Shown one piece after another: positions 21,604 to 34,343 of a stretch of DNA of 64,000 nt (positions are counted from its first letter, which is position 1; every line of letters begins with the position of its first letter). A model generated the notes under the pieces. It was given only the letters and a program-made list of their open reading frames with translations, searched no databases and was not told where the DNA came from. This DNA is from Eledone cirrhosa (taxonomy: Eukaryota), in contig OZ024743.1 in NCBI GenBank assembly GCA_964016885.1, forward strand, positions 125,798,001 to 125,862,000, written 5' to 3'. Made by a program: the position numbers and the translations under genes.

Positions 21604-24600
21604 TCTATATATATAAAACAGATGATGTCTGTCTGTGTAACCGCATGCATTTCTACATTTTACAACCGATTTGCACCAAATTTTATACATAGGTTTCTGA
21701 AGTCCTATTACGCGTCGTAGGCTATTTTATTTTTCCGTACATCGATTGTGTGTGTGTGTGGGGGGGGGGGTGTCATTTATTGAATTTGGCTATTGTAATG
21801 CAGCAAAGCGTCATAGCTTCGATAATTGGTAGTCCAATAAAATGAATTTTGACTTAGTAGTTATTCATGTACTACAGATGAAGATACAGTGAGGCACATT
21901 TACTTTCATTTCAATTCAAGAGGACCCCCTCGGGGACAGTGAGCCCTATAAAAGTTCAAACTGCCACAATAAAAAAGCACCATACCCTCGGGAGTTTATA
22001 CTTGATTCTTACAAAAACTAAACAAAATGGTTATTGCCTGCCATTAGATAAAGCACCACACATTCGTTATCACTTGAATTTTTGCAAGGGAACCCCCTAG
22101 GGAGGGCAGTGAGCCCCTTTGGAGCACTTTTAAAGTTCATATTATGGTCGCAGCAAAGCATTTCAACTTCTGGAAATAAAAGTCAATTTAAACGAAAGTT
22201 GACGCATCGGTTACTCGTCCTACAAATGGAGTAGCGAATTTTTAAATCCCCCTGACTTAACTTTAGTTTGTTTAGTTAACTTTAGGATGATTGAATTTAA
22301 TTTTGCACCCGGTTGTCTCCCCCGTGTAATTGCACCACAAGTGCGGAATGGGGAGTTGAATTTTTTTCCTTGAACTTTGGCGTCATTTCAAACTCCTAAC
22401 CAAGAAAGTGCGATTTAGTCCAGGTGTAAATTTTAATGCCTACAGTATGTGGATTGTGCTATTTCACACTCATGCCTAAACTGTGCGAATGATTGATTAG
22501 TTTTTGCACCCAGTTGTCTCCCCCCGTTTAATTGCACCTCAATTAAGTGCGAAATGGCGACCTCTGGCCAACCACACATCAGTGAGTTGTGTTCAGTAGA
22601 TTTCATCACACTTATTTGTATTATCTAATCAATCAGACAACTTGAGTGTTGTTCATTGAGCGAAATCACTCCTATTTATATCAGTCAAGTCCAACCTAGC
22701 ATCACACTTCTTTTTTGGCTTTTGACAAGTGGTAGGTTTTTTTATATGCGTACTCTCATAAGCTACCCCATGTTTCTGAAATGCATGCTTCTTCAACATT
22801 TGTCACCTTAAAGGAGGTTTAGTTAATGTGTTTATGGTCATAAGGTTCCAGTTTATCATGCTGTGATTTTTCGGCCATTTTTGCCTGTATCCTTTCAATG
22901 GTTAGTACTTACTTATTGCTATGTTCGAACTGAACAAACATACTGACACTTATATACCTACCACTGTAGCCACACTATTTAATTTCCTTTATCACAAGTA
23001 GTCCATACGCTGCGTTGCCCCTAAACTTAAAACTTGAAATTTGACTGGTACACAAAATCTTGCAAAATATACCCACTTTCTCAGACCACATAGATTTATC
23101 ACATTTTTTCACAATTTATATCCGTGTTTAGATTTGCTTACTTAAACATCATTTGTCCACTATCTTTCTCCCTGGTTAATTTTCTAAAAACAATGCTAAG
23201 AAAAGAACTTTCATTGGTCAATTATCTAATGATGCAAGTAGGTCTAAGCGAAGGCGTCTCACCGAAGGAGAAAATGCAACTGCGATCAGGCTCTCACAGA
23301 ATGCTGTGCAGACGGCAGCTGCAGGAGCGGAGGAGGATGACAGTCGGCGTGAACTTCGACGGAACAAAGATGCTGCCGCGACTGCTGCTGCTCGCGCTCG
23401 AGAGGATGAAGGACGACGCGCTGTTCGAAAACGCAGGGATGCCACTGCAACAGCCACTGCTCGCGCTCGAGAGGATGAAGGCCGACTTCTGCAAAGTGAA
23501 CAGCAGCGATCATCGTTACGTGGCATTTCTAGGACTTGCAATTCATGATGGTTGTTGAAGGCCTTTAACTACGACCCCTCCTCCAACTACGCTGTGCTTG
23601 CCTGGAAACCTGCACGTCTACAAGTCCCTTGACTCTATGGCTGATCCGGACGAAGTTGTTAATTACACCACAAAATTTCGTAACTCCCTAGACTCTCCCG
23701 GATTGCCACCACACTTACTGCAACTTAAGAAAGGGGCCCCTGTCATGCTCCTCAGGAATTTGGAACCCCAAAGGCTTTCCAACAGCACACGTCTGGTCGT
23801 CCAAAAGATGATGCCTCATGTTATTGAGGCAACAAAACTTACAGGATGTGGTAAGGGGGATACTGTCTTCATACCAAGGATACCTCTCATTCCATCCGGT
23901 AAAGACATTCCTTTCACATTCAGAAGGCTGCAATTTCCTCTCAGTTTCACCATGTCGATTAATAAATCACAGGGTCAGACGCTGACGGTCATAGGGCTTA
24001 TTTTAGAAGAACCGTGCTTCTCCCATGGTCAACTATATGTTGGCTGCTCTTGAGTGGGGAGCCGACGTAACCTATTTGCTTTTGCAACTCGCGAGAAAAC
24101 CCAAAATATAGTCTATAAGGAAGTTTTGTAGGCACCCCATCCGCCAACAAGTAATCGCTGTTTCTTTTTGTATAAATGCTTACATTTGCTGTATCCGTGT
24201 GCTATTTTTGTCCTTTTGATGATACCACGTACACCTCTGAGGTTGCTTTTGCTATACGGTATAAATGTTCAATGTCTCCATTTTCTGCATTTATATGTTG
24301 CTATTACGCTTTGCTATTGATGTTCCGTAGTTTTAACCTAATTAATCTACTTTTCCCTACATCTTATTTACATATTTTTTTGACATGCCAGCGTGATCTT
24401 GCCAAGGCCGTTTTTAGGGCCACCAACTTTAAATTGTTACCATCGGATTCGTCTTTGTTGGCAGCACCGCCACAGATATATTTCAAAGTGAATGTTCAAA
24501 GGCCCTCTTTAGGGCCAACACCTATAAATTGTTACCTCTATAGTCATGTTTAACGGAAGTCTTTCGGTTCATATGAATGACTACTCCATTAAGAGTTATA

Positions 24601-24627
24601 CCGGGCAACGCCGGGTACCACTGCTAG
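21604..24627 (+). mobile_element. Non-autonomous, internally deleted Helitron
   Basis: 5' TCTATATATATAAAA; 3' hairpin taccgggcaacgccgggta followed by CTAG-T; RepHel remnants inside. Confidence 0.9.
23193..24131 (+). pseudogene. Helitron RepHel remnant: N-terminal charged repeats fused to PIF1-like helicase C-terminus
   Basis: GLPPHLLQLKKGAPVMLLRNL, RLQFP, SINKSQGQT, CFSHGQLYV, TQNIVYKEVL*; internal stops; Rep domain absent. Confidence 0.9.
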
Positions 24628-25625
24628 TTTAATAATAAAGGATAAACTTTTTATTTTGCTTTCTTAGTTCAAATCTTGCCAAGTTCAATTTTATATTTCA
24701 TCCTTTCAGGGTTGATATTACCTGTCTTGGGTGGTGGATTGGCAAAATTATTAGAGCATCAGATGCAATGTCTTGTAGTATTTGTCATACTCTGTGTTCT
24801 AAATTTAAATTCTGCTTCCTAATACTTGAAAAAAATGGTGAAATGACAGGACCGTGATGCCTATCATTAAAATATCCCGGATGTCTCTTATATGATATAA
24901 ACTCATAGGAGGCTGGCTAAAACCTACTTTGGTGTGAGCCTAACAACACCAGCAAACATCACATGACTTGAAAATTAAAGTAAAATTATAATTAAGATGC
25001 AAATACTTGCTGGTCATTGTAATTTTCAAGATTATACATTATTACTTTTTTATATATGTCTTATTGTTATCATATGCATTAAAACATATATGGAGTGAAT
25101 ATAAGCAAAGAGATTCGAACTATTGTTCCGCAGTTGCCTAAATAGATAATTCAACCTCATACACTGACCTTTTGGCCTCAGAGATAAGCCACTTCCTTTG
25201 TACTGTACACAACGAATTTTACTTCCTTTTTGGGGGGGGGGGGGGGGGGACTCATGTGTTGCTAAATTGTCTAGAGGAATAGTTCTATTGAGACCATTTG
25301 CTTATCATCAAAGATAATAGACCCCTTCATAAATAGTCTGCCCTCAGCTGTCCAAGCCAGTTCAGTTCATGAAAGATATCAGAACAATATAGTTTGTCAA
25401 CAGACTCACTGGGGCTCAGCTTTTTCAGCCAGCAAACTATGACAGTCATTCTCCCATTCAATTCCAACAAAGGTTAGTTACATACAACCTTTAAGATTAC
25501 TACTACAAGAATCCATGCCAAAACATCACACAAACAATACACAATTTTACTGTGACTGTTGTTTTTCCTATGTTATCACAATAACTTCAAAGCAAATTAT
25601 TACTTAATAAAATTATGAAAGTAGT

Positions 25626-27090
25626 CATCATCATCATCATCACCGTTTTACGTCCGTTCTTTCACGCTAGCATGGGTTAGACGGGTTGTCCTGTTGTGTG
25701 CAGTGTCTGGTCGGCTGACCATGCCTTGCTCATACAGGAACTGATCTGGCTTGATTTCTACAGCTGGATGCCCTTCCTAACACCAACCTCATTTACAGTG
25801 AGTGCTGGGTGCTTTTTCGTGGCGCCTACACGTCCACTTTACAGTGTGGGCTGGGTGCTTTTTTGCCGTGGCACCTCCACGACCACCTTGCGGTGGGGGC
25901 ATATTGTTTATATGCTTCAGCATGTACCCATGGGAGGTCGGGTACTCTGTATTACTGCGTGACGCCAGAAGTCACGGTCGTGTGTCATTGTCTTTGAGAG
26001 GTGTAATTGGGTAAGGTCGGCTTTTATCACCTCATCCCAAGTCATCTTGGGTCTCCCCACTCCGCAGTTTCCATCAACTTCTAGTGCTCTGCACCTTTTT
26101 ATGCAGCTGTCATCCTTCATACGCATCACATGTCCATACCAGCGTAACCGCCTCTCCTGCATGCAGCATTTGATTCCTCTTATGCTCAGTCTCTCTCTCA
26201 ATTCATTTATGCTTTGTCGTTCACGTATATTACTGTTTCACATCCATCGGAGCATGCAGGCTTCGTTTCTCTCTAATCTACGTAAGTCTTCCACCTTCAG
26301 CGCCCAGGTCTCACTACCATGCAACATCGCTGTTCGGATACACGCATCATCCAGTCTGCCTTTCATTCTGAGGGAGAAGCCTTTTGCAGCTAGCAGTGGT
26401 AGTAGTTCCCTAAACTTCTTCCATCCCGTTCTTACCCTAGTTATTGTACTTTCTGAACACCCACCTCCGTTGCTAATTCGGTCACCTAGGTAGCAGAAGC
26501 TGTCTACTGTTTCTACAGGGCCCTCCCAGAGATTGGTGGTACTTGTTTCCTGTGGCTGTTTGCTGCTTGCTGTTTCAGCACAGCTGCTGCATGTGAATCC
26601 TACATTCTTAATTAAGCTTCCTGAGATCCCACTACATCTCTTGTGTACCCATTGTTTGCATTTGGGGCAGAGAATGGAGTTCCTACTTACACCTTTCCTA
26701 CATACTGAGCAAGGCCATTTCCCTGAGGGGATCTGGGTTCTGTTTTCTCGTCTACTTACAAGGACCTTAGTCTTTGTCATGTTGACTTTGAGACCCTTTC
26801 TCTCTAGTCCCTGCTTCCAGGTTTGGAATTTATTCTCTAGTTCTATCATAGATTCAGCTATGAGTGCGAGGTCATCAGCATACAGGAGTTCCCATGGGCA
26901 TCTGGTCTTAAATTCCTCCGTTATTGCCTGCAGGACTATGATGAACAGGAGAGGGCTAAGAACAGAGCCCTGGTGGACCCCAACCTGTACGCTAAATTCC
27001 TCGCTATACTCATTGCTAATCCTAACTTTGCTGACTGCTCCCCTATACATGGCTTGTACCGCTTTCACAAGCCATTCATCTACTCCTAGT
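25626..27090 (-). mobile_element. 5'-truncated RTE LINE subfamily B
   Basis: VGVHQGSVLSP, YADD, PHD finger, RRLRWYGHV; (GAT)n tail; one internal stop. Confidence 0.94.
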
Positions 27091-27283
27091 GGTTTTTGTT
27101 ATTGTTCATTCACATTTTTAACAACAATCTGATTGTTGGTAAAATACTATTAACATACTAGGTTTTAGATATTATTTGCTAAATCATTACAAGATGTTAA
27201 GAGTTAAAATGGATGGTTTTATTTCATAGAACCAGAGGGGGGATTTTGGCAAGTTTATAAAACAAGTATTTTTTTTCTTTTAG

Positions 27284-27360
27284 GAGACTATCAAATTATA
27301 CTGGATGAATCACATTTTAAGGACTTATTAAATGGACATGTTATACCTCCCCCTGCATCA
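27284..27360 (+). CDS. GTF2H2: GTF2H2 exon G: [25 protein letters not shown]
   Basis: ttttag acceptor, gtaagt donor; ILDESH...PPPAS motif. Confidence 0.95.
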
Positions 27361-27371
27361 GTAAGTATTAT

Positions 27372-28031
27372 ATAATAATATAATAATGAAATTATTGTGT
27401 ACAGTGTTCAGGTGCACTACAACTCATCAAAGGTGCATGTATAGTACATAGAATAATGTACAAATGTTATGAAAGTGAACAGTGTATGAGTCATGATATA
27501 CATGTGTGCGTGTGTATGAAGGGGGGATATCAGGTGTAGTGTTGGGGAATTTCAGGAATCATGGAGGTTTTAAAGAATGCAGTGTCTCAGCAGCTAACAA
27601 CTAATGCAGGTAGTTTGTTCCATGCTTCAGCAACCCTGAGTATGAAAAAATGTTTCCGAAAGTCATGGGATCTGTGCTGTTTTCTGACTTTGTAGGCATG
27701 CCCACGTGTGTTAAACACATGAAATTCAAAAAGGTGCTCAGGGTTGTTGTTGGCAAGATGGTTAATAATTTTGTGGGTGTTTACCAAGTCAGTTGCCAGA
27801 CGTCAGAGCTTCAATGTGTCCATGCCCAGGGAAGCAATGCGTTTAGAGTATGGTAGATGCCTGATGGAAGGTATTCACTTGGTTGCATGTCTCTGAACAG
27901 TTTCCAGGAGGTCAATGTTTTGGGCAAGATAGGGGTTACAGACTGGTGATGCAAATTCTAAGTGTGGCTGCACTAAAGCTGTATACAACTTTAAATAGAT
28001 AGCTGGAGAGCGGCTGACAAAAGTCTTGCTG
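27372..28031 (-). mobile_element. 5'-truncated CR1-like LINE subfamily B
   Basis: TRGHAYKV...FFILRVAEAWNKLP; (ATT)n tail next to exon G donor. Confidence 0.9.
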
Positions 28032-28199
28032 AAAATATTGATGTTTAACTGCTTAAATTCTGATTCATAGACACAGTAGTTCTTTTCTGCTATATACTAT
28101 TAAATGAAGACAATACATTCAGGACTGGTGCAACCATTAAGGGCAAATAGGTAACCACCTAGGGTGAAAACCTTAGATAGGTGCATTACTAAATTTTAT

Positions 28200-28542
28200 A
28201 TCATCATCATCATCATCATCATTTTACGTCTGCTTTTCCCTGCTTGCAAGGGTAGGACGGGAACTGATTTTGGCTTTATTTCTACAGCTGGATGCCCTTC
28301 CTAACACCAACCTCATTTACAGTGTGTGCTGGGTGCTTTTTTGTCATGGCACCTACACGACCACTGTGCAGTGGAATGATAGGGACCCCAGTCCCTATCT
28401 CATTTCTACAGCTGAGTAAACTGGAGCAATGTGAAATAAAGTGTCTTGCTCAAGGAAACAACACATCACCCGGTCTGAGAATTGAACTCACAACCTTTCG
28501 ATTGCAAGGCCAATGCTCTAACCACTAAGCCATGTGCCTCCA
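28200..28542 (-). mobile_element. tRNA-head SINE with RTE-derived 3' tail
   Basis: Inverted sister copy at 34344-34678; tail matches the RTE-B 3' UTR. Confidence 0.85.
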
Positions 28543-30262
28543 TATATATATATATATATGTATAATTAGATTAAATATATAATAATTTCCTATGATCAAT
28601 AAATATATTGCTAAACATCTTTGCCACATGGCAGCATTGTAGAAATATTCAAAGCAGTGGAGAGGGTCGTATAATGTTATGGCCTGGCATATGATCCGGT
28701 TGTGTAGTGGAAAATACAGATATAGTGTGGTCAGTACAAAAAGTGTCAAAAATTAGGTTCATCAGTCTGCCAAACTGTAAGTTGAAATTATTTTATTTGG
28801 GAAAACAGACTACACATTGTAGAGTTAGCTTAGAGTGCTAAATACACAGGTGCCAGTTCTGGCTATGTTCCCTCCTGCATCAATAAGTATTCAAAGCATT
28901 CATGTTTAACTCTTTAGGTTCTGACTCATACATCATCATCAGCGTTTAATGTCCATTTTCCACACTTGCATGGGTTAGGCGAATTGTCATTTACATGACA
29001 AGCCAGGTCCAGAGATCACGTCTTGTTCATACAATCTGTATTTTGGCTGGATTTCTATGACTGGATACCCTTCCTAACATCAACCATGTTACAGTGTGGA
29101 CTGGGTGATTTTTATTGTGACACCAATGCAGACAACAGTTCCCCTCTGTTATACCTTTATTCAGAGTTAGTTATTTACTGTTTTATTGGAACAAGATATT
29201 TATCCTGCACATCTGCTACATCTTGTGTAGTGGTACTCAAACTTATATTGTCGCAGAAACCAAATATGAAATTCCAAAACTAACAGGAACCCCCTCACTC
29301 CTATGTTTTATGGACAGTCTCCACTACACTAATTTTGCTAAGACATTTTAAGGCCATATTTCCTGTTGAAGAAGAGGTTAAACTTGCAGGCCGTATGACA
29401 GGCTTCATAACTATTGTGGGGGTCCTAGTTGAGGCAATATTTCATGGTGCCAACTTTTCAGTTGTTTATTATGACTTACAAGCTTATGATGTACCTATTC
29501 TAAACAGAATACAAATAGCATTTTCATAAGACATCAAATTCAACAAAAAATGTTTTAAGAGAGATCATTTATTTATATAAAAGGATCGACATAATAATTA
29601 TCATCATTTAATGTTCGTTTTTTGTTAGCAAAGATTGGATAGGTTGTCACAGACAAAGTCAGTACTTAATTGGAGCTACTGATCTCTCAGATGTCCCTGG
29701 CCTTCATCTCACCCAACAGAATGTGCTGGGCATCTTAACATGGCACCAACATTAGACCGGTTATCATGTCCTTTGTTTGGCAAATTTTCTATATGTATAT
29801 TGCGCTTTTCTATTTTGCTCTATCTTCTGCATCCACCTTCCCCTCCCAGCACCCTGGCTTTCATTTCCTTATCTTTTATTTTAAACCATGTTTTTCTTTA
29901 TATGACCCCACCATCTCATTCCATTTCTCATCACCACATCCATTACTGGCTTTAATCCCATCATCCTCTGCAATTCATTGTTTGTCTTCCCCTCTCTGAA
30001 TGATACTCCACTCATCCATTGAACCATTCCTTTCCAGCCTTCTCTGCTGCTCCACATTCATCACTCATGTCTCACTCCATTAAATCCTCACACATGAAGT
30101 TTCACAATCTTCCCACTACTCATCAAAGTACAATAAGAAAGTACTTAGTTATATATTACTAAACAACAAATGTTGATTTCCAGATCGTTTCTTTTAATAG
30201 TTTACAATATTGTATATATTTTCTTTCATACTGAACTTTTATATTTATATTTATTTTTTTAG

Positions 30263-30293
30263 GGAAATACTGAATCTTCTCTCATCAGAATGG
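30263..30293 (+). CDS. GTF2H2: GTF2H2 small exon H (31 nt): GNTESSLIRM(G)
   Basis: Poly-T ag acceptor, gtaaga donor, phase 0/1; SLIRMGFP motif completed by the next exon. Confidence 0.92.
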
Positions 30294-30590
30294 GTAAGAT
30301 GTTTAACACTTATTTTCCTTATGTTCTAAGCTATAACTAATGTTTTTGTTTTGCTGTTTTAACTGGGCTTGAGGATTCATCTCCTTTACATACATTTGCA
30401 TTCTCTACAGTGTGTACTGGATATGTTTTATCATGGTACCAGCACTAAGGAAGTTGTCATGTCTTTGACAAGTTTTGTATATGACTGAATGCCCCTCCTT
30501 TCACCAACTACTTTACAAAGTATCCTGGATGCGTTTTATCATGACACCAACACTAGATAGGTTGTCAGACCATTGACACAACTAAAGAGA

Positions 30591-32776
30591 GAAGTGTGTA
30601 CTAAATGATGATGGCGTACTCGCCATCACTGACGCTGATAAGAAGGTCGCTTGGAAGTGTCACTACGAGAGGCTACTAAATGAGGAGAATAAATGGGAGA
30701 AGGATAGTCTCCCCCAGATCGATCCAATAGAGGGACCAGCAGTGTTAGTTGAAGGTAGTATAATAAGTAAGGCAATCAAAGATATGAAGACGGGTAAGGC
30801 GGCTGGGCCTTCGGAAATAGTTGCTGAGATGCTGAAGGCCTCTGGAACGGTGGGACACACCATGGTCACCCGGATAGTAAACCAAGTCATACAGACTGGG
30901 GTTGTTCTGAAGGACTGGCGTAGCAGCATCATCATTAACTGTTACAAGGGTAAAGGAGACGCCCTAGATAGGAGTAACTATAGAGGCATTAAATTAATCG
31001 ACCAGGTCATGAAGGTCACGGAAAAAGTAATAGTGCAACTAATCAGAGAGAATCGATCTAGATGAAATGCAGTTCGGGTTTGTGTCAGGCAAAAGTACCA
31101 CAGACGCTCTTTTCATTGTACGACAACTACACAGGAGAAGTACCTAGCTAAAAGTAAACCCCTATACTTAGCTTTTGTCGACTTGGAGAAAGCCTTCGAC
31201 AGAGTCCCCCGTTCCATTATCTGGTGGGCTCTTAGAAAACTAGGTGTTGATGAATGGCTTGTGAGAGCTATACAAGCCATGTATAAAGAAACAGTGAGCA
31301 AGGTTAGAATTAACAACGAATATAGTGAAGAGTTTAGCGTAAAAGTTGGTGTCCATCAGGGCTCTGTTCTTAGCCCCCTACTATTTATTATTGCCCTTCA
31401 GGCTGTAACAGAGGAGTTCAAGACCGGCTGCCCATGGGAACTCCTATACGCAGATGATCTAACGCTCATAGCTGAATCAATGGCCGAGCTAGAGAAGAAA
31501 TTCCAAACATGGAAGCATGGCCTAGAATCAAAAGGCCTTAAAATTAACCTGGCTAAGACTAAAGTTCTAGTTTGTAGGAAAGAAAATAAGGCGCCGGTCC
31601 CTTCCGGGAAATGGCCATGCTCAGTGTGTAGGAAAGGCGTAGGTAGAAACTCCATTTTATGTCCCAAATGCAAAGTATGGGTGCATAAAAGATGTAGTGG
31701 GATCACAGGTAAGCTAACTAAGAACACAGATTTTACATGTGGCCAGTGCTCTGGTGCAATAAGTTGCAGCAAGTGCCCACAAAATACTAGCTCTTTCAAT
31801 TGCGCAGAGGGTCCTATAGTGGACAGCTTCCGTTACCTGGGTGACAAAATCAGCAGTGGGGGAGGGTGCTCTGAAAGTACAGTAGCTAGAGTCAGAACTG
31901 GATGGAAAAAGTTCAGAGAGCTTATACCACTATTAGCCGCTAAAGGGTTCTCCCTAAAAATGAAAGGCAGGTTGTATGATGCCTGCATACGAACAGCAAT
32001 GTTGCATGGCAGTGAGACCTGGGCATTGTGTGCAGAGGATATACGCAGACTAGAGAGGAACGAAGCTTGCATGCTCCGCTGGATGTGTAATAGTAATATA
32101 CGTGAACGGGAAAGCATAAACGAACTAAGGAAAAAATTAGAAATAAGAGGGATCAGATGTTGTTTACTCGAGAGAAGGCTACGTTGGTATGGTCACGTGA
32201 TGCGCATGAAAGACAACAGCTGTATAGCAAAGTGCAGGGCAATAAAGATAGATGGTAGCCACGGAGTAGGCAGACCCAGAAAAACATGGGACGAGCTGAT
32301 AAATTCCGACCTCACACACTTACACCTCTCCAAGACAATGTCACTGGACCGAGACCTTTGGCGGTACTCAGTAATAGAGAAGACCCGCCTTACCTAAATA
32401 CAAAGTAAAACCTACTACAGTCAGTAGGCATCTCTAACAAAATACACCACCCCCACCCCATCCACACCGCCCCTTTCAATGTAAAGTTATGTTGGTGCCA
32501 CAACATCCAGGCCGAAACAAATGAGATCGTGTAGGTGTCACGACAAAAAAAACACACAGTCCACGCCGTAATGTGGCCGTGTAGGCAACACGGTAAAAAC
32601 CTCCCAGCCCCACACTGTAAATGTGGTTGGTGTTAGGAAGGGCATCCAGCTGTAGAAAACCCGCCAGACAGTCCTATGCGAGCAAGACAACCACTCTTGC
32701 CTCAAGTGGGAAAACTCCCGTCCAAACCCATGCAAGCGTGGAACATGGACATTAAACGATGATGATGATGATGATG
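30591..32776 (+). mobile_element. 5'-truncated young RTE LINE subfamily A with target-site duplication AAAGAGA
   Basis: ORFs 30742-31065 and 31183-32397 (NYRGIKL, EKAFDRVPR, GVHQGSVLSP, YADD); aaagaga at 30584-30590 and 32777-32783. Confidence 0.95.
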
Positions 32777-32968
32777 AAAGAGACCGCTCATTCCTTTTTT
32801 TACATGGTTTCTATCGCTAGAAGCCTTTCCTGTTACTAACCATCATACAAAGGGTACCATCATACTGAAGGATCCTCTCAAACCTTTTGGGCATTGTTTC
32901 CATATATTGTACAGAAAATATAATTTTGTGTCATTTTGATTGCATACTTATATTTTATTATTCTATAG

Positions 32969-33032
32969 GTTTCCCACATCATCAACAAAGTATGGACAAA
33001 GATAAAGAAGACAGACCATCAATGTGTATGTG
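32969..33032 (+). CDS. GTF2H2: GTF2H2 exon I: FPHHQQSMDKDKEDRPSMCM(C)
   Basis: ctatag acceptor, gtaagt donor, phase 1/2. Confidence 0.92.
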
Positions 33033-34343
33033 GTAAGTAAACAATTCACTTGTTTGTTTGTATATCAGTATAAATATGGCAAATTGGCAGAGTTGCTAGG
33101 GCATCAGATTAAAATGTTTTGCAACATTTATACGGGTCCTCTGCACTCTGAATTCAAATCTTGCCATTTCTACTTTATCTTTCATCCCTTCAGGGTCGAT
33201 AAATAAAGTACCAGTCCAGGCTAATGGATTGACAGAATTGTTAGGGGTTACACATGAATGCCTTGCGGTATCTCTTTTGGCCCTTTGCCGTTCACTGAGA
33301 CAACATCAATGGCATAGAGAGGAATTGACTTGCTTGTATGAGTGACCACTGGTTTTCCACAAAGTATCTTACCCAGGCTTATACTTTGGAGAAGAACTTT
33401 CTTGGTGCAAATCCATGGTCAGTTATGACCAAAGGGAGCTTTAAAATATCAGTTCGGGCTCTTTGCACTCTGAGTTCAAATCCTGCTGAGGTCAACATTG
33501 CCTTTCATCCTTTTGAGCTCAATAAAATTAAGTACCAATCCATGGCAGTGGATTGGCAGAATTGTCAGAATATCAGATGAGATGCCTTGTAGTGTCTGTT
33601 CCAGCTCTTTACATTCTGCTGTGGCTTACTTGGGCAGTAGACTTAATATCTTGTCCAGTTTAACACCACGAGTACCCTGGATTCCTTTAGTAGAGTTTAT
33701 TCTGCAGGCATTTAGACCATTTCTCCGATTTGAGATATCTTTCCTTGCAGTCTTGGAGGCCTTGAAAAAAGGCTGATGGGTTTTGCCCTAAGCATTAAAA
33801 CAAATAATAAATAAATAAACGAAATTTAAAATTTCAGGATTGTCTCCCCTGTTGTTCTTGACGAGACTTGATAATTAAGCTAATGATTATTTCTTCTTAC
33901 CATAAATGTAATTTTAATTAATTAACATACAGTCCTCGCTCGAGCAAAGTGCGACACATGGCCAACCCTGGCCAGACTTGCCTCCCGGCGTGGAAGACCT
34001 GTCTAATCCATGCAAGCATAGAGAAATTAATTGTTTCTACTTTAGGCACAAGGCCAGCAAATTACCCAGTGCATTACTGGTACTTTATTTTATCGACCCC
34101 GTAAGGATGAAAGGCAAAGTCAACCTTGGTGGGATTTGAACTCAGATCGTAAAGGGACGTAACTATGCTGGAGTATAGAGAAATTAATGTTAAACGGAAA
34201 TGATGACAATGATGATGTCTCACTACACTAAGTATGTTGGCACCAAGCTTACTATTAAATGGATGGTTTAGTTAGTAAAACAACTTAGAGATGGTGGGGA
34301 ATGAATTCGATAGAATTGTGTGAGAGTAGGGATATACCATTAT

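Noticed and set aside
23598-24053. Host PIF1 helicase gene
   Set aside because: Fragment with stops inside Helitron termini
26047-27132. Antisense ORFs over RTE and CR1 copies
   Set aside because: Shadows of the coding strand
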